Source of the DNA: Pseudomonas aeruginosa
GTDB lineage: Bacteria; Pseudomonadota; Gammaproteobacteria; Pseudomonadales; Pseudomonadaceae
Length of the DNA stretch: 32,000 bases
NCBI RefSeq assembly: GCF_001457615.1
Contig: NZ_LN831024.1
Coordinates: forward strand, 930,001 to 962,000
Direction of reading: 5' to 3'
The notes beneath the pieces were generated by a model. It saw only the letters and a list, made by a program, of their open reading frames with translations. It did not search any database and was not told the origin of the DNA. The translations under genes were made by a program, and so were the position numbers. Shown piece after piece: positions 1 to 9,117 of this stretch; the first letter of the stretch is position 1, and each line of letters starts with the position of its first letter.

Positions 1-90
1 CCCCTCACCTCCAGTGGTTGCAGATCGCCGAAGGCGCTCTGCATATCGCTCCGCTGCTCGTCCTGGGTCTCGTGCGCACATGCCATTCCC
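1..90 (-). CDS. Possible 5' end of a minus-strand CDS running off the left edge (MACAHETQDEQRSDMQSAFGDLQPLEV...)
   Basis: The reverse complement has an ATG near position 90 and stays open to the window edge. Too short for homology. Confidence 0.2.
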
Positions 91-555
91 GCACGCGGAA
101 TACCGATATTGCGTATGGGCGAAGGCTTTCTGAGGGATATGCAAGTTTCCTGGGTAGGATTTCGCGCAAATAAACGAACGCTATTTTCCAGTCGATAGTT
201 TCAGCTTGTCGCGGAACTCTTTTTTCAAACTTTTTTCTGCTCTGGCTTGTCCGTTTCGTATTTCATCGTTTTTCATAAATGTCTACGTAGACGTTTTTCG
301 GGGGCTGTTTCAAGTGTCTTTGTTGTTAGTTTACGAGGCGAAAAAATAGTAGTTTTACTATATTAAATATCGTCGGTTTCACTAGAAAATACACATGTTC
401 ACTTTGAACCGGGGCAGTGGCGTCGGCGGATTCCGGACCGCGCTTTCCTCCTTGCCGGCCGAGCGGCGGCCGCCTGCCTGCGGCAGGCATGACCGAGACC
501 ACAGGTTTCCTGGTAACGCTTTCGCCTGCCGTGTACCGCTTAAGGAGACGCAAGG

Positions 556-1200
556 ATGTCCCTACATCGCATTCGCGTAATGGTTGCGGATGATCATCCC
601 GCCATTTCGCTGGGTATTTCCTACGAACTGAGTCAGTGCGGTTCTCTGGAGATGCTCGGTCAAGTTTCCAATTCTACCGAGTTGATCGGTCGGCTCAACG
701 AAGGCGACTGCGATGTCGTTATCGTCGACTATACGATGCCGGGCGGGAAATATGGCGATGGACTGGCATTGTTGTCATTGCTGCGGCGACGTTATCCGCA
801 TCTGCAATTGGTTGTCTTTACCATGCTGAACAATCCGGGCCTTATCCGGGCCATTCTCAAGCAGGGTATCAATTGCATCCTCAGCAAGTCCGACTCGACC
901 AGTCACCTGCTGGCGGCGGTGAGCGCGGCCTATTCGCGAAACCAGTATTTCTCGCCGTCGATCAGGGACATCTTCGTCAACCAGGTGCTTTCCTCGCACA
1001 ACGAACGGCTGACGCCCCGGGAGGCGGAAATCGTCCGTCTGTTCGGCTCCGGACTGACCATCACCGAGATCGCCGAGCGCTCGCATCGCAGCGTGCAGAC
1101 CATCAGTACGCAGAAGGTCAGTGCCATGAAGAAGCTCGGCATCAAGCGCGATGCCGACCTAATCAGGTATGCGGCGGAGGGCTATTGCCGGATGCCCTGA
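556..1200 (+). CDS. NarL/LuxR-family response regulator (RcsB-like), REC + HTH (PA4080-like)
   Basis: REC domain with MVADDHP acidic pocket, IVDYTMPG phospho-acceptor region, VVFTM and K in ILSKSDS; C-terminal LTPREAEIVRLFGSGLTITEIAERSHRSVQTISTQKVSAMKKLGI LuxR-type HTH. AAGGAG upstream. Confidence 0.93.
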   Translation: MSLHRIRVMVADDHPAISLGISYELSQCGSLEMLGQVSNSTELIGRLNEGDCDVVIVDYTMPGGKYGDGLALLSLLRRRYPHLQLVVFTMLNNPGLIRAILKQGINCILSKSDSTSHLLAAVSAAYSRNQYFSPSIRDIFVNQVLSSHNERLTPREAEIVRLFGSGLTITEIAERSHRSVQTISTQKVSAMKKLGIKRDADLIRYAAEGYCRMP

Positions 1201-1214
1201 CGGATCGGCCCGCT

Positions 1215-1904
1215 TCACCAGGGCAGCGGCTGGTTCCGATAATCGACGAAGCGACAGGCATTCACGCCCGCGGCATCCTCCACCGTCGCGACCAGTCCGG
1301 CGGCGCTTTCCTCGACGCTCAGCGGCGCGCTGTCGCCGCCCATTTCGGTACGCACCCAGCCGGGATGCAGGAGCAACAGGCTGAACGGCAACTCCTCGAA
1401 CTCGCCCTCCCAACTGCGTACCAGGCTGTTCAGCGCCGCCTTGCTGGCGCCGTAGAGCGGCATCGTGGCCGACAGGCCCAGCGCCAGGCTGGCCATCTGC
1501 GAACTCATGAACGCCACCACGCCACCCCGGCTAACCCGTCCGGACAGTGCCCTGGCCAGGCGCAGCGGCGCGATGGCGTTGGTCAGGAATAGCTGGGCGG
1601 TCTGCTCGGCGTCGATTTCCGCCACATCCTGTTGCTGCGGGCCGTAGATGCCGGCGTTGACGATCAGGCGATCGATCCGCCGCTCGCCCAGCATCTCGCC
1701 GATGCGTTCGGCGCAATCGTGTTGGTTGAGGTCGCCGGTCACCGCTTGCAAGCGCTCCCCGGCCCGCTCCGCCAGTGCCTGCAGCCCGGGAGAGCCTTGC
1801 GGTCGCCGGGCGACGGCGAATACCTGTGCGCCACGTTGCAGGAAGGCATCCGCCAGTCCCAGGCCGATGCCGCGCGAGGCGCCGACGATCAGAACGTTGT
1901 GCAT
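1215..1904 (-). CDS. Short-chain dehydrogenase/reductase
   Basis: N-terminal VLIVGASRGIGLGLADAF (TGxxxGIG-type), LIVNAGIYGP (NAG motif), YGASKAALNSL (YxxxK). Confidence 0.92.
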   Translation of the reverse strand: MHNVLIVGASRGIGLGLADAFLQRGAQVFAVARRPQGSPGLQALAERAGERLQAVTGDLNQHDCAERIGEMLGERRIDRLIVNAGIYGPQQQDVAEIDAEQTAQLFLTNAIAPLRLARALSGRVSRGGVVAFMSSQMASLALGLSATMPLYGASKAALNSLVRSWEGEFEELPFSLLLLHPGWVRTEMGGDSAPLSVEESAAGLVATVEDAAGVNACRFVDYRNQPLPW

Positions 1905-1992
1905 GAGGTTCTCCGGGCGATAAAGCGGACAGGATACCCAAGCGCGTCCCGCTGCGTAACCGCCGCGGCGACCGGCCGCGGCGGCCTCGACC

Positions 1993-4968
1993 TTACCGCA
2001 TGGCGCTGCCGCCCAGGCCGGCGAGGTACAGGTCGAGCAGGCGGTCGTCGAACTCCGGCTCGCGCACGGCGCTCCCGCGCAGGTGTTCCTCGACGTTGGT
2101 GCAGTCCCAGAGATAGGTGTCCTGGTACAACTCGACGGTGCTGCGGCCGGCGTACATGTTGTCGCGGAACATGCTCAGCAGGGGATAGAGCGGGGCGTCG
2201 CGATTGTCTTCCCAGAGACTTACCCAGTCGTCGAACGGCATCTGCCGAAGGGGACGCCCGGCGCGTCGCCCGAGACGGCCGAAGAACTCGTCCAGGGTCA
2301 GGCAGCGCGGAATGCTCGGCACCAGGTTGAATTTCTTGCCCAGCGCCGAAGGCTGGCGGGCGATGACGCTGATCGCCTCTACCATGTAGTCCACCGTGGT
2401 CAGGCCCTCGCGCAGCTCGCGCAGGAGCGGCACGGCCCGGTACTCCAGGCAGGTCCGCGCCAGCCGGCTCCACCACTGGTAGTCGGCGTAGGCGCCGGTA
2501 CGGCTGTGGCAGGTGGCGTAGCCGAGGCGGAAGGTCATCAGCGGCAGGCCGCGTTCGGCGGCGAGGTCGGCGATCTTTTCCATCACCCATTTGCTGCGCA
2601 CGTAGCCCATGTCGGTGACCACCGCCGGCAGGTTCTGGTCGATGTCGTCGTCCTCGCGCATCAGGCGCTTGCCGGTATGCAGGTGGCCCCAGCTGTACAC
2701 CGAGATGCTCGACAGCAGCATCAGCGGCTTGCAGCGGCCGCTGGCGCAGAAGCGCAGGACCTGGCCGAGCCCCTCGACGTTGTCGCGCTTCATGTAGCTG
2801 TATGGCTGGATGAAGTTCACCGCGCTGGCGGAATGGAAGACCTGGTCGACGCTGCCGGCCAGCTCGCGATAGGTTTCCGCCGGTAGTCCGAAACCTGGTT
2901 CGGCGAGGTCGGCGGCGTAGGCCCTGACCCGTCGCCAGTCCGTCTCGGCGAGTTCGATGCGGTGCTGCCGGGCGGCCTGGCGCAGGCGTTCGAGGGCATG
3001 GGCGTCGTTTTGCGCACGGACCGGACAATGCAGGTCGGCCTCGCGGCTGGCCAGCAGCTCGGCGAGCAGGTGGGCGCCCATCAGCCCGCTGGCGCCGGTG
3101 AGCAGGATGTGCCGTGGCGCCAGCAATTGGGCGGTGTCCATGGGGCGGCTGAAATCCACGTCGGCGGGCAGGCGCACGTCCCGTTGCAGCTCCTGGGCCG
3201 GTTCGCTGTCCAGCGCCGGCGGCGCTTCGCCGGCGCGCCGCGCCAGGCTGGCCGCCAGTTGGCGCACGCTCGGGGTGCGGTAGATGTCGTGGATGTAGGC
3301 ACGGTTGCCGAAGCGTCGGCTCAATTCGCGCACCAGGGCGGCGGCCAGCAGGGAATGGCCGCCGACCTCGAAGAAGCTGTCGTCCAGGCCGAAGTCGGTA
3401 TGCCCCAGCACTTCCTGCCAGGACAGGGCCACTTGCAGTTCGCCGGGGGTGCCGAAGCGTTGCTCGTCGAGTCGTTCCTGGCATTGTTCGTCCAGGTGTC
3501 GACGCAGGGCCTGGCGGTCGATCTTGCCGTTGACCGTGGTCGGCAGGCTGTCCAGCGACAGGTAGCGGCTGGGCAGCATGTAGTCGGGCAGTTCCTGGCG
3601 CAGTGCGGTCTTGATGGCGGCGAGCACGGCCCTGGCATCGCCGTCCTGCTGGCGGGGGACCACGAAGGCGCTCAATTGCTGGCTACCGGAGCGTGGGTCG
3701 GCATGCGCCAGCACCACCGCGCCGTGGATAGCCGGCTGGCGCAACAGCGCGGCCTCGACGTCGCCGAGTTCGACGCGGTGGCCGCGGATCTTCACCTGGT
3801 CGTCCAGCCGACCGAGGAACTGCAGGCTGCCATCGGCCAGGCAGCGGGCCTTGTCGCCGGTGCGGTAGAGCCGACGCCGCAGTGCCTGCGAGTAGTGGAA
3901 GCGCCTGGCGGTCATGTCCGGGTCGCGCAGGTATTCGCGCGCCAGGCAGACGCCCGCCAGGTTCAGCTCACCGGGTCGGTCGCCATGGCAAGGCCGGTCG
4001 TCGGCGTCGAGGATGAATGCCTCGCAGCCGTCGATGGGCGTGCCGATCGAGGCGGGTCGCCGATGTGCTTCGGCGTCGACGATGCGGCAGGTGGCGAAGA
4101 CCGTGGCCTCGGTCGGGCCGTAGTAATCCACCACGGTATAGGGCAGCCCGCCGGTTGCGACCGGCGGCAGTTTTTCCCCGGCGCAGAACAGGTAGCGCAG
4201 CGCCAGCGACGGCGGGGCGGGCTGCTCCGCCAGCGCGGGCACCATCACGGTAGGCGCGAAGGCGTGGCTGATCCGCTGCTCGGCGAAGAATGCCAGCAGC
4301 GCCGCCGGGTCTGGGCGCACCTCGTCGGGCACCAGGTGGAGGCAGGCGCCTGCGCACAGGGTGGACCAGATTTCCCATTGGGAAACGTCGAAGCCGACGC
4401 CGGCCATCAGGGTGGTGCGGCTCCGTTGATCCATATTGAAGCGCCGGTTGTGCCAGCTCACGAGGTTGGCCAGGGAGCGACTCTCGATCACCACGCCCTT
4501 GGGTTCGCCGGTGGTGCCCGAGGTGAAGATCACATACAGCGCTTCGCTGCCGTCGAGCGCCGGTCTCGGCGCGGCACCCGCCGCACTCGTCGCGAGCGCC
4601 TGTGCGATGACCTCCACCGGTTGCCCCGGCAGGTCCTCGGCCTGGGTGGCGAGGGCCAAGGGGGCCTGGCACTGGCGGAGGATTTCCCGCTTGCGCCTGT
4701 CGGGTTGTCGACGGTCCACCGGTACGTAGGCCGCTGCGCACTTGGCGGCCGCCAGGATGGCGATGACCAGTTCGGCCGAGCGTTCGGCCAGCAGGGGCAG
4801 CAGCTCGCCCTGGGCGACGCCGCGCCTGGCCAGGTGGGCGGCCAGCCGGTCGCTGAGCCGGTCGAGTTCGCGGTAGCTGAACGAGCGCTCGCGATCGACG
4901 AGGGCGGGGCGTTCGGGATGGGTATCTGCGTGTTGCCTGAATAAGCCAAGAACAGAATCTTTCGACAT
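1993..4968 (-). CDS. Single-module nonribosomal peptide synthetase, adenylation-thiolation-thioester reductase (PA4078-like)
   Basis: 991 aa. A-domain motifs: YVIFTSGTTGEPKGV, DYYGPTEATV, YRTGDKAR, VKIRGHRVELGDVEAAL, NGKIDR. Carrier motif: DDSFFEVGGHSLLAAAL. C-terminal NAD(P)-dependent reductase with HILLTGASGLMGAHLLAELL and later YVRSKWVMEK. No condensation or thioesterase domain visible. Confidence 0.95.
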   Translation of the reverse strand: MSKDSVLGLFRQHADTHPERPALVDRERSFSYRELDRLSDRLAAHLARRGVAQGELLPLLAERSAELVIAILAAAKCAAAYVPVDRRQPDRRKREILRQCQAPLALATQAEDLPGQPVEVIAQALATSAAGAAPRPALDGSEALYVIFTSGTTGEPKGVVIESRSLANLVSWHNRRFNMDQRSRTTLMAGVGFDVSQWEIWSTLCAGACLHLVPDEVRPDPAALLAFFAEQRISHAFAPTVMVPALAEQPAPPSLALRYLFCAGEKLPPVATGGLPYTVVDYYGPTEATVFATCRIVDAEAHRRPASIGTPIDGCEAFILDADDRPCHGDRPGELNLAGVCLAREYLRDPDMTARRFHYSQALRRRLYRTGDKARCLADGSLQFLGRLDDQVKIRGHRVELGDVEAALLRQPAIHGAVVLAHADPRSGSQQLSAFVVPRQQDGDARAVLAAIKTALRQELPDYMLPSRYLSLDSLPTTVNGKIDRQALRRHLDEQCQERLDEQRFGTPGELQVALSWQEVLGHTDFGLDDSFFEVGGHSLLAAALVRELSRRFGNRAYIHDIYRTPSVRQLAASLARRAGEAPPALDSEPAQELQRDVRLPADVDFSRPMDTAQLLAPRHILLTGASGLMGAHLLAELLASREADLHCPVRAQNDAHALERLRQAARQHRIELAETDWRRVRAYAADLAEPGFGLPAETYRELAGSVDQVFHSASAVNFIQPYSYMKRDNVEGLGQVLRFCASGRCKPLMLLSSISVYSWGHLHTGKRLMREDDDIDQNLPAVVTDMGYVRSKWVMEKIADLAAERGLPLMTFRLGYATCHSRTGAYADYQWWSRLARTCLEYRAVPLLRELREGLTTVDYMVEAISVIARQPSALGKKFNLVPSIPRCLTLDEFFGRLGRRAGRPLRQMPFDDWVSLWEDNRDAPLYPLLSMFRDNMYAGRSTVELYQDTYLWDCTNVEEHLRGSAVREPEFDDRLLDLYLAGLGGSAMR

Positions 4969-5177
4969 GGCTGAGACTCCTGTCTTGCCGGTGGAAAAGA
5001 CGTTATCCGTGGTTTTTCAGCGTATCGAGCGGGGACCAGGGGGAAGGCTGGCGATAGGCCTGGTCCAAGGCTAGCCCCGAGGGGAAATGCGGCAACTGCC
5101 ATTTGGTACAGGGTAAGGGGGGCTTGCCGCCGGGGTCGCCAGGGGCGCCCCGGACGTTTTCGGAAGCGGGACCGGAC

Positions 5178-5384
5178 TCAGTCCAACTGGCCTTCCCGGT
5201 CGTCGAAGATCGCTTCTATGGCCAGTCCGAACACCCGGGCGAGCTTGAACGCCAAGGGCAGGCTTGGATCGTAGCGGCCGGTTTCGATGGCGTTCACCGT
5301 CTGCCGCGATACCTCCAGCTTTCCGGCCAGCTCCGCCTGTGACCAACCGCGCTCCGCGCGCAACTCGCGAACGCGGTTCCTCAT
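5178..5384 (-). CDS. Small XRE/Cro-CI family transcriptional regulator, 68 aa
   Basis: MRNRVRELRAERGWSQAELAGKLEVSRQTVNAIETGRYDPSLPLAFKLARVFG is a classic HTH_3. Start inferred inside a longer ORF; ATGA-type overlap with the upstream gene's stop. Confidence 0.88.
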   Translation of the reverse strand: MRNRVRELRAERGWSQAELAGKLEVSRQTVNAIETGRYDPSLPLAFKLARVFGLAIEAIFDDREGQLD

Positions 5385-5755
5385 GCGTAGCGCCTCAGTC
5401 CCAGGACGCAGCCGATGACCCAGAACGCGCCCATCAGGGGCCAGACGAAGAACATCGAGAGTTTCGGAAAGCCGGTGGTTTCGAGGAAACCGTAGGTGAA
5501 GGTGAGCAGGGCGGTGCCGACGAAGGCCAGGGCGAGGGCTTCGAGATGGATGCGCCGGGCCATTTCGTCGAGGCGCCGCAGGTAACGGATCACCACCAGC
5601 GCCAGGGCGACCATCGGTGGCACCGGCAGCAGGGCGAGGAAGACCCGGCCGGCGCCCGGTTCCGTGCCTGCCAGCAACTGGCCGCTGATCAGAACGGCAG
5701 CGGCATAGCCGACCAGCGCGAGAAGCAGTTCGAGGAAGAAACGTTTGTGGGTCAT
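5381..5755 (-). CDS. Small multi-spanning membrane protein, partner of the XRE regulator
   Basis: MTHKRFFLELLLALVGYAAAVLISGQLL... with about four hydrophobic segments. ORF track start is 5770; an internal ATG at 5755 is a plausible alternative. Four-base overlap with the XRE start. Confidence 0.75.
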   Translation of the reverse strand: MTHKRFFLELLLALVGYAAAVLISGQLLAGTEPGAGRVFLALLPVPPMVALALVVIRYLRRLDEMARRIHLEALALAFVGTALLTFTYGFLETTGFPKLSMFFVWPLMGAFWVIGCVLGLRRYA

Positions 5756-5831
5756 GGTTGAACCGTCCATGTAAAGGGGGCTTTACATTGGCCGGGATGC
5801 TCTTCTTTGTCAAGCAAGCTTTACATTCTCT

Positions 5832-6698
5832 ATGGGCTTGCCTTGGCGAGGAGACTCGGGGATGGTAGCGGGCGGTCTCTGGGAGAACGGCGAAATGGCG
5901 ACGGGCGACGAATTCGACGCGCTGCTGGTGGAAGCCGGCCGCACACCGATGCGCGGCTGGGAATACGACTATGGCGGACGCATCCGCCTGGAACCGCCGC
6001 CATGGGATTTCCCGGGGCGCATGCTGGAGCGCTGCCGGGCCGCCGCCAGCCTGCTGGACATGGGCACCGGCGGCGGCGAATGGTTGAGCCGGCTGCCGTA
6101 TCGTCCGCCGCTCACCGTGGCTACCGAGGGCTGGGCGCCCAACCTGGAGATTGCCCGGGGTCGCCTGGAGCCCCTGGGCATCCGCGTGGTCGAGGTGGAG
6201 GGCGCGCCGGACAACCATCGCCAGGGCCGGGAGGGCGATGGCGGCGGGGCGTTGCCGTTCGCCGATGGCACCTTCGACCTGGTCGGCAACCGCCACGAGT
6301 CCTATCTGCCATCGGAGGTCCGGCGGGTGCTGGCGCCCGGCGGCTGTTTCCTCACCCAGCAGGTGGCCGGCGACTTCAACCGCGAGTTCTATGCGTTGCT
6401 CGGCGAACCGGCGCCGCCGCCGGAGGCACCGCACTGGAATCTGGGTTTCGCCCGCGCCCAGCTGGAGGCCGCGGAGTTGCCGCCGGTGGCAGGCGGCGAA
6501 GGTTGGGAGGTGTTGCACTTCGCCGATGTCGGCGCCCTGGCCTGGTACCTGTTGAACCTGCCCTGGGTATTTCCCGGTTTTTCCTTCAGGCGCCACCGCA
6601 AGGGCCTGCGCGGCCTGCACGAGAGCGGCGAGCCGCTGGCGGTGCGGCAGTTCCTCTTCTGGCTGGAGGCGCGCAACCCCCAGGCCGCGCGCGGCTAG
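5832..6698 (+). CDS. Class I SAM-dependent methyltransferase
   Basis: LLDMGTGGGEWLSRL (motif I), DGTFDLVGNRHESYLPSEVRRVLAPGGCFLTQQV (motifs II/III). Confidence 0.85.
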   Translation: MGLPWRGDSGMVAGGLWENGEMATGDEFDALLVEAGRTPMRGWEYDYGGRIRLEPPPWDFPGRMLERCRAAASLLDMGTGGGEWLSRLPYRPPLTVATEGWAPNLEIARGRLEPLGIRVVEVEGAPDNHRQGREGDGGGALPFADGTFDLVGNRHESYLPSEVRRVLAPGGCFLTQQVAGDFNREFYALLGEPAPPPEAPHWNLGFARAQLEAAELPPVAGGEGWEVLHFADVGALAWYLLNLPWVFPGFSFRRHRKGLRGLHESGEPLAVRQFLFWLEARNPQAARG

Positions 6699-7363
6699 AG
6701 GAAGAGTCGCTTCACCAGCTCGGTGCGGCTGCGCGCACCGGTCTTGCGGAACAGGTTGAGCAGGTGGGTCTTCACCGTCGGCAGGCCGAGTCCGAGGCAC
6801 TGCGCCAGGCATTTGTTGCTGACGCCGTCACGCAGCAGCAGGGCGATCTCCCGTTCCCTCGGCGTCAGGCCTTGCAGGCGCTCGGCGCTGGCCGCTGGCG
6901 TGGCGCATGCCTGCGCCGCCAGCTCCATCAGGCCATGCAGGGCGCGCAACTGTCGCAGCTCCTGGTCGGAGAAGGCCCCTAGGCGGGCGTCGCGCAGTAA
7001 CGACAGGGCCGCCACCGGACGCTGCTGCGCATGCGCCAGTACCTCGACCACGTCGCAGATCCCGTGGCGTCGCAGGAAGCCCTGGTACAGCGCGCTGTCC
7101 TTCGCGGGCTGGCGGGCGATGCCCTGGCGCAGCGGCACTACCGGCGAAGCGCTGGCCAGGCAGTGGCGCGGCTGCAGCGGATCGTAGTCGCGGTAGTGGC
7201 GCAGGTAGTCGCGGTGCATGCCGGCCGGCATCCGCAGGAGCTGGAAGTCGTGTGCGCGACAGTCCTCGTCGATGCGATAGAACACGCACAGGCTGGCCGG
7301 CACCACCTGGGTGAAGGCCTGCATGCAGCGCAGGCCGAGGTCGGGCGACAGGGTCGAAGACAT
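6695..7363 (-). CDS. LuxR-family HTH transcriptional regulator
   Basis: C-terminal LTPREREIALLLRDGVSNKCLAQCLGLGLPTVKTHLLNLFRKTGARSRTELV. Start MSSTLSPDLGLRC chosen inside the longer ORF 6695..9028; length count gives 222 aa. Confidence 0.85.
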   Translation of the reverse strand: MSSTLSPDLGLRCMQAFTQVVPASLCVFYRIDEDCRAHDFQLLRMPAGMHRDYLRHYRDYDPLQPRHCLASASPVVPLRQGIARQPAKDSALYQGFLRRHGICDVVEVLAHAQQRPVAALSLLRDARLGAFSDQELRQLRALHGLMELAAQACATPAASAERLQGLTPREREIALLLRDGVSNKCLAQCLGLGLPTVKTHLLNLFRKTGARSRTELVKRLFL

Positions 7364-7591
7364 GGCGCGGGGCTCCCGTGGGACGAGGCGGCGGGACGTC
7401 CACTGTCCCGCCTGCCGGGCAGAATGTCCATGCCCCGGCGTGCCGTCTTGTCTTTCTCTGCCTGGCTTGGCAGGCAGCGGCAAGAAACCCGGCAGGCTGG
7501 AGCAAGCGAGCGGGGGAGCGGCGGGTCCAGAGTATTCCCGGGTAGTAGGCGCATGCACGACGCAGCGCCGTCGCCAAGCCGAGGAGCACAC

Positions 7592-9079
7592 ATGAGTATT
7601 GCCATCGACCCGTCCGTCAGCGCCTTCTTGCGCAGTCCCCATGGCCTGCTGATCGACGGTGAGTCCGGGCCGGCGCGTTCCGGCGCCGACATGCCGCTGT
7701 ACGACCCGGCGACCGGCGCCGAGCTGGCTCGCGTGGCCCGCGCCGGCGCCGAAGACGTCGATCGGGCGGTCGCTGCCGCGCGGCGCGCGTTCGAAGGCAA
7801 CTGGGCAGGCCAGCGCCCGGCCGATCGCGAGCGCCTGCTGCTGCGACTGGCGGAACGGGTCGAGGCGCATGGCGAGCAACTGGCGCAGTTGGAAACCCTG
7901 AACAACGGCAAGTCGATCAACCTGTCGCGGGCCCTGGAGGTCGGCGCCTCGGTGGAGTTCATCCGCTACATGGCCGGCTGGGCGACCAAGATCGAGGGTC
8001 GCAGCCTCGACCTGTCGATCGCCGCGGTCCCAGGCGCGCGCTACCGGGCCTACACGGTGCCGGAGCCGGTGGGCGTGGTCGGAGCCATCGTGCCGTGGAA
8101 TTTCCCCTTGCTGATGGCGATCTGGAAGATCGTCCCGGCCCTGGCCTGCGGCTGCACCGTGGTCCTCAAGCCGGCCGACGAAACCCCGCTGACCGCCCTG
8201 CGCCTCGGCCAGTTGTGCCTGGAGGCGGGGATTCCGCCAGGAGTGGTGAACATCGTCACCGGCACGGGCGCCGAGGCCGGCGCGGCACTGGCGGCGCACC
8301 CGGGCATCGACAAGCTGGCGTTCACCGGCTCGACCCCGGTGGGCAAGCTGATCGGGCATGCGGCGGTGGAGAACATGACGCGTTTTTCCCTCGAACTCGG
8401 CGGCAAATCCCCGGTGATCATCCTCGATGACACCAGCCTGGACATGGCTGCCGCCGGTTCCGCCGGCGCGATCTTCTTCAACCAGGGGCAGGTCTGCACC
8501 GCTGGCTCGCGCCTCTATGTGCAGCGCAAGCGTTTCGACCAGGTGCTGGAGCGCCTGGTGGCCATCGCCGGCGACCTGAGCATCGGCCCCGGCCTGGATC
8601 CGACCACGCAGATCAACCCGCTGGTCTCGGCCAGGCAGCAGGAGCGGGTGCTGGGGATGATCGAAAGCGGGGTGGCCGAGGGCGCCAGCGTGGTCTGCGG
8701 TGGGGCGCGCCAGGGCGAGACGGGGTTCTACGTGCAGCCGACGATCCTTGCCGACGTCACCCCGGGGATGCAGGTGGTGCGCGAGGAAATCTTCGGGCCG
8801 GTGCTGGTGGCGACGCCCTTCGACGATCTCGACGAAGCGGTGCGCCTGGCCAACGACAGCATCTACGGGCTCGGTGCGAGCATCTGGTCCAACGACCTGC
8901 GCCAGGTCATGGACCTGGTACCCAGGATCAAGGCCGGCACGGTATGGGTGAACGCCCACAACCTGCTCGACCCGTCGATGCCGTTCGGCGGCTTCAAGCA
9001 GTCCGGCATCGGACGCGAGATGGGCCATGCGGCGATCGAGGCGTACACCGAGAACAAGTCGGTGTGCATCGCCTACTGA
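7592..9079 (+). CDS. NAD(P)-dependent aldehyde dehydrogenase (phenylacetaldehyde/betaine aldehyde DH-like)
   Basis: PWNFPLLMAIWK, FTGSTPVGKLIG, SLELGGKSPVIILDD, catalytic FFNQGQVCTAGSRLYV, EEIFGPVL. Start MSIAIDPSVSAFL preceded by GAGGAG. Confidence 0.95.
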   Translation: MSIAIDPSVSAFLRSPHGLLIDGESGPARSGADMPLYDPATGAELARVARAGAEDVDRAVAAARRAFEGNWAGQRPADRERLLLRLAERVEAHGEQLAQLETLNNGKSINLSRALEVGASVEFIRYMAGWATKIEGRSLDLSIAAVPGARYRAYTVPEPVGVVGAIVPWNFPLLMAIWKIVPALACGCTVVLKPADETPLTALRLGQLCLEAGIPPGVVNIVTGTGAEAGAALAAHPGIDKLAFTGSTPVGKLIGHAAVENMTRFSLELGGKSPVIILDDTSLDMAAAGSAGAIFFNQGQVCTAGSRLYVQRKRFDQVLERLVAIAGDLSIGPGLDPTTQINPLVSARQQERVLGMIESGVAEGASVVCGGARQGETGFYVQPTILADVTPGMQVVREEIFGPVLVATPFDDLDEAVRLANDSIYGLGASIWSNDLRQVMDLVPRIKAGTVWVNAHNLLDPSMPFGGFKQSGIGREMGHAAIEAYTENKSVCIAY

Positions 9080-9095
9080 TATCGATGAATCGGGG

Positions 9096-9117
9096 GAGCC
9101 GATTCGTTCGGCTCTTT
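9096..9117 (+). terminator. Candidate intrinsic terminator after the aldehyde dehydrogenase
   Basis: GAGCCGA-ttcgt-TCGGCTC followed by TTT, 17 nt after the stop codon. Confidence 0.5.

Noticed and set aside
395-580. 61 aa ORF ahead of the response regulator
   Set aside because: Overlaps the regulator start, no convincing ribosome site, composition unlike a real protein.
636-1592. 318 aa plus-strand ORF over the response regulator and SDR
   Set aside because: Out-of-frame shadow of two well-supported genes; low-complexity, Arg/Gln-rich translation.
1889-3484. 531 aa minus-strand ORF overlapping the NRPS
   Set aside because: GC-rich alternative-frame artefact; the 991 aa frame carries all conserved NRPS motifs.
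2962-4944. 660 aa plus-strand ORF antisense to the NRPS
   Set aside because: Antisense mirror ORF typical of high-GC genomes; no domain-like content.
7440-7591. Possible sigma-54 promoter between the LuxR regulator and aldehyde dehydrogenase
   Set aside because: TGGC-containing strings are present but no correctly spaced TTGC element was found.
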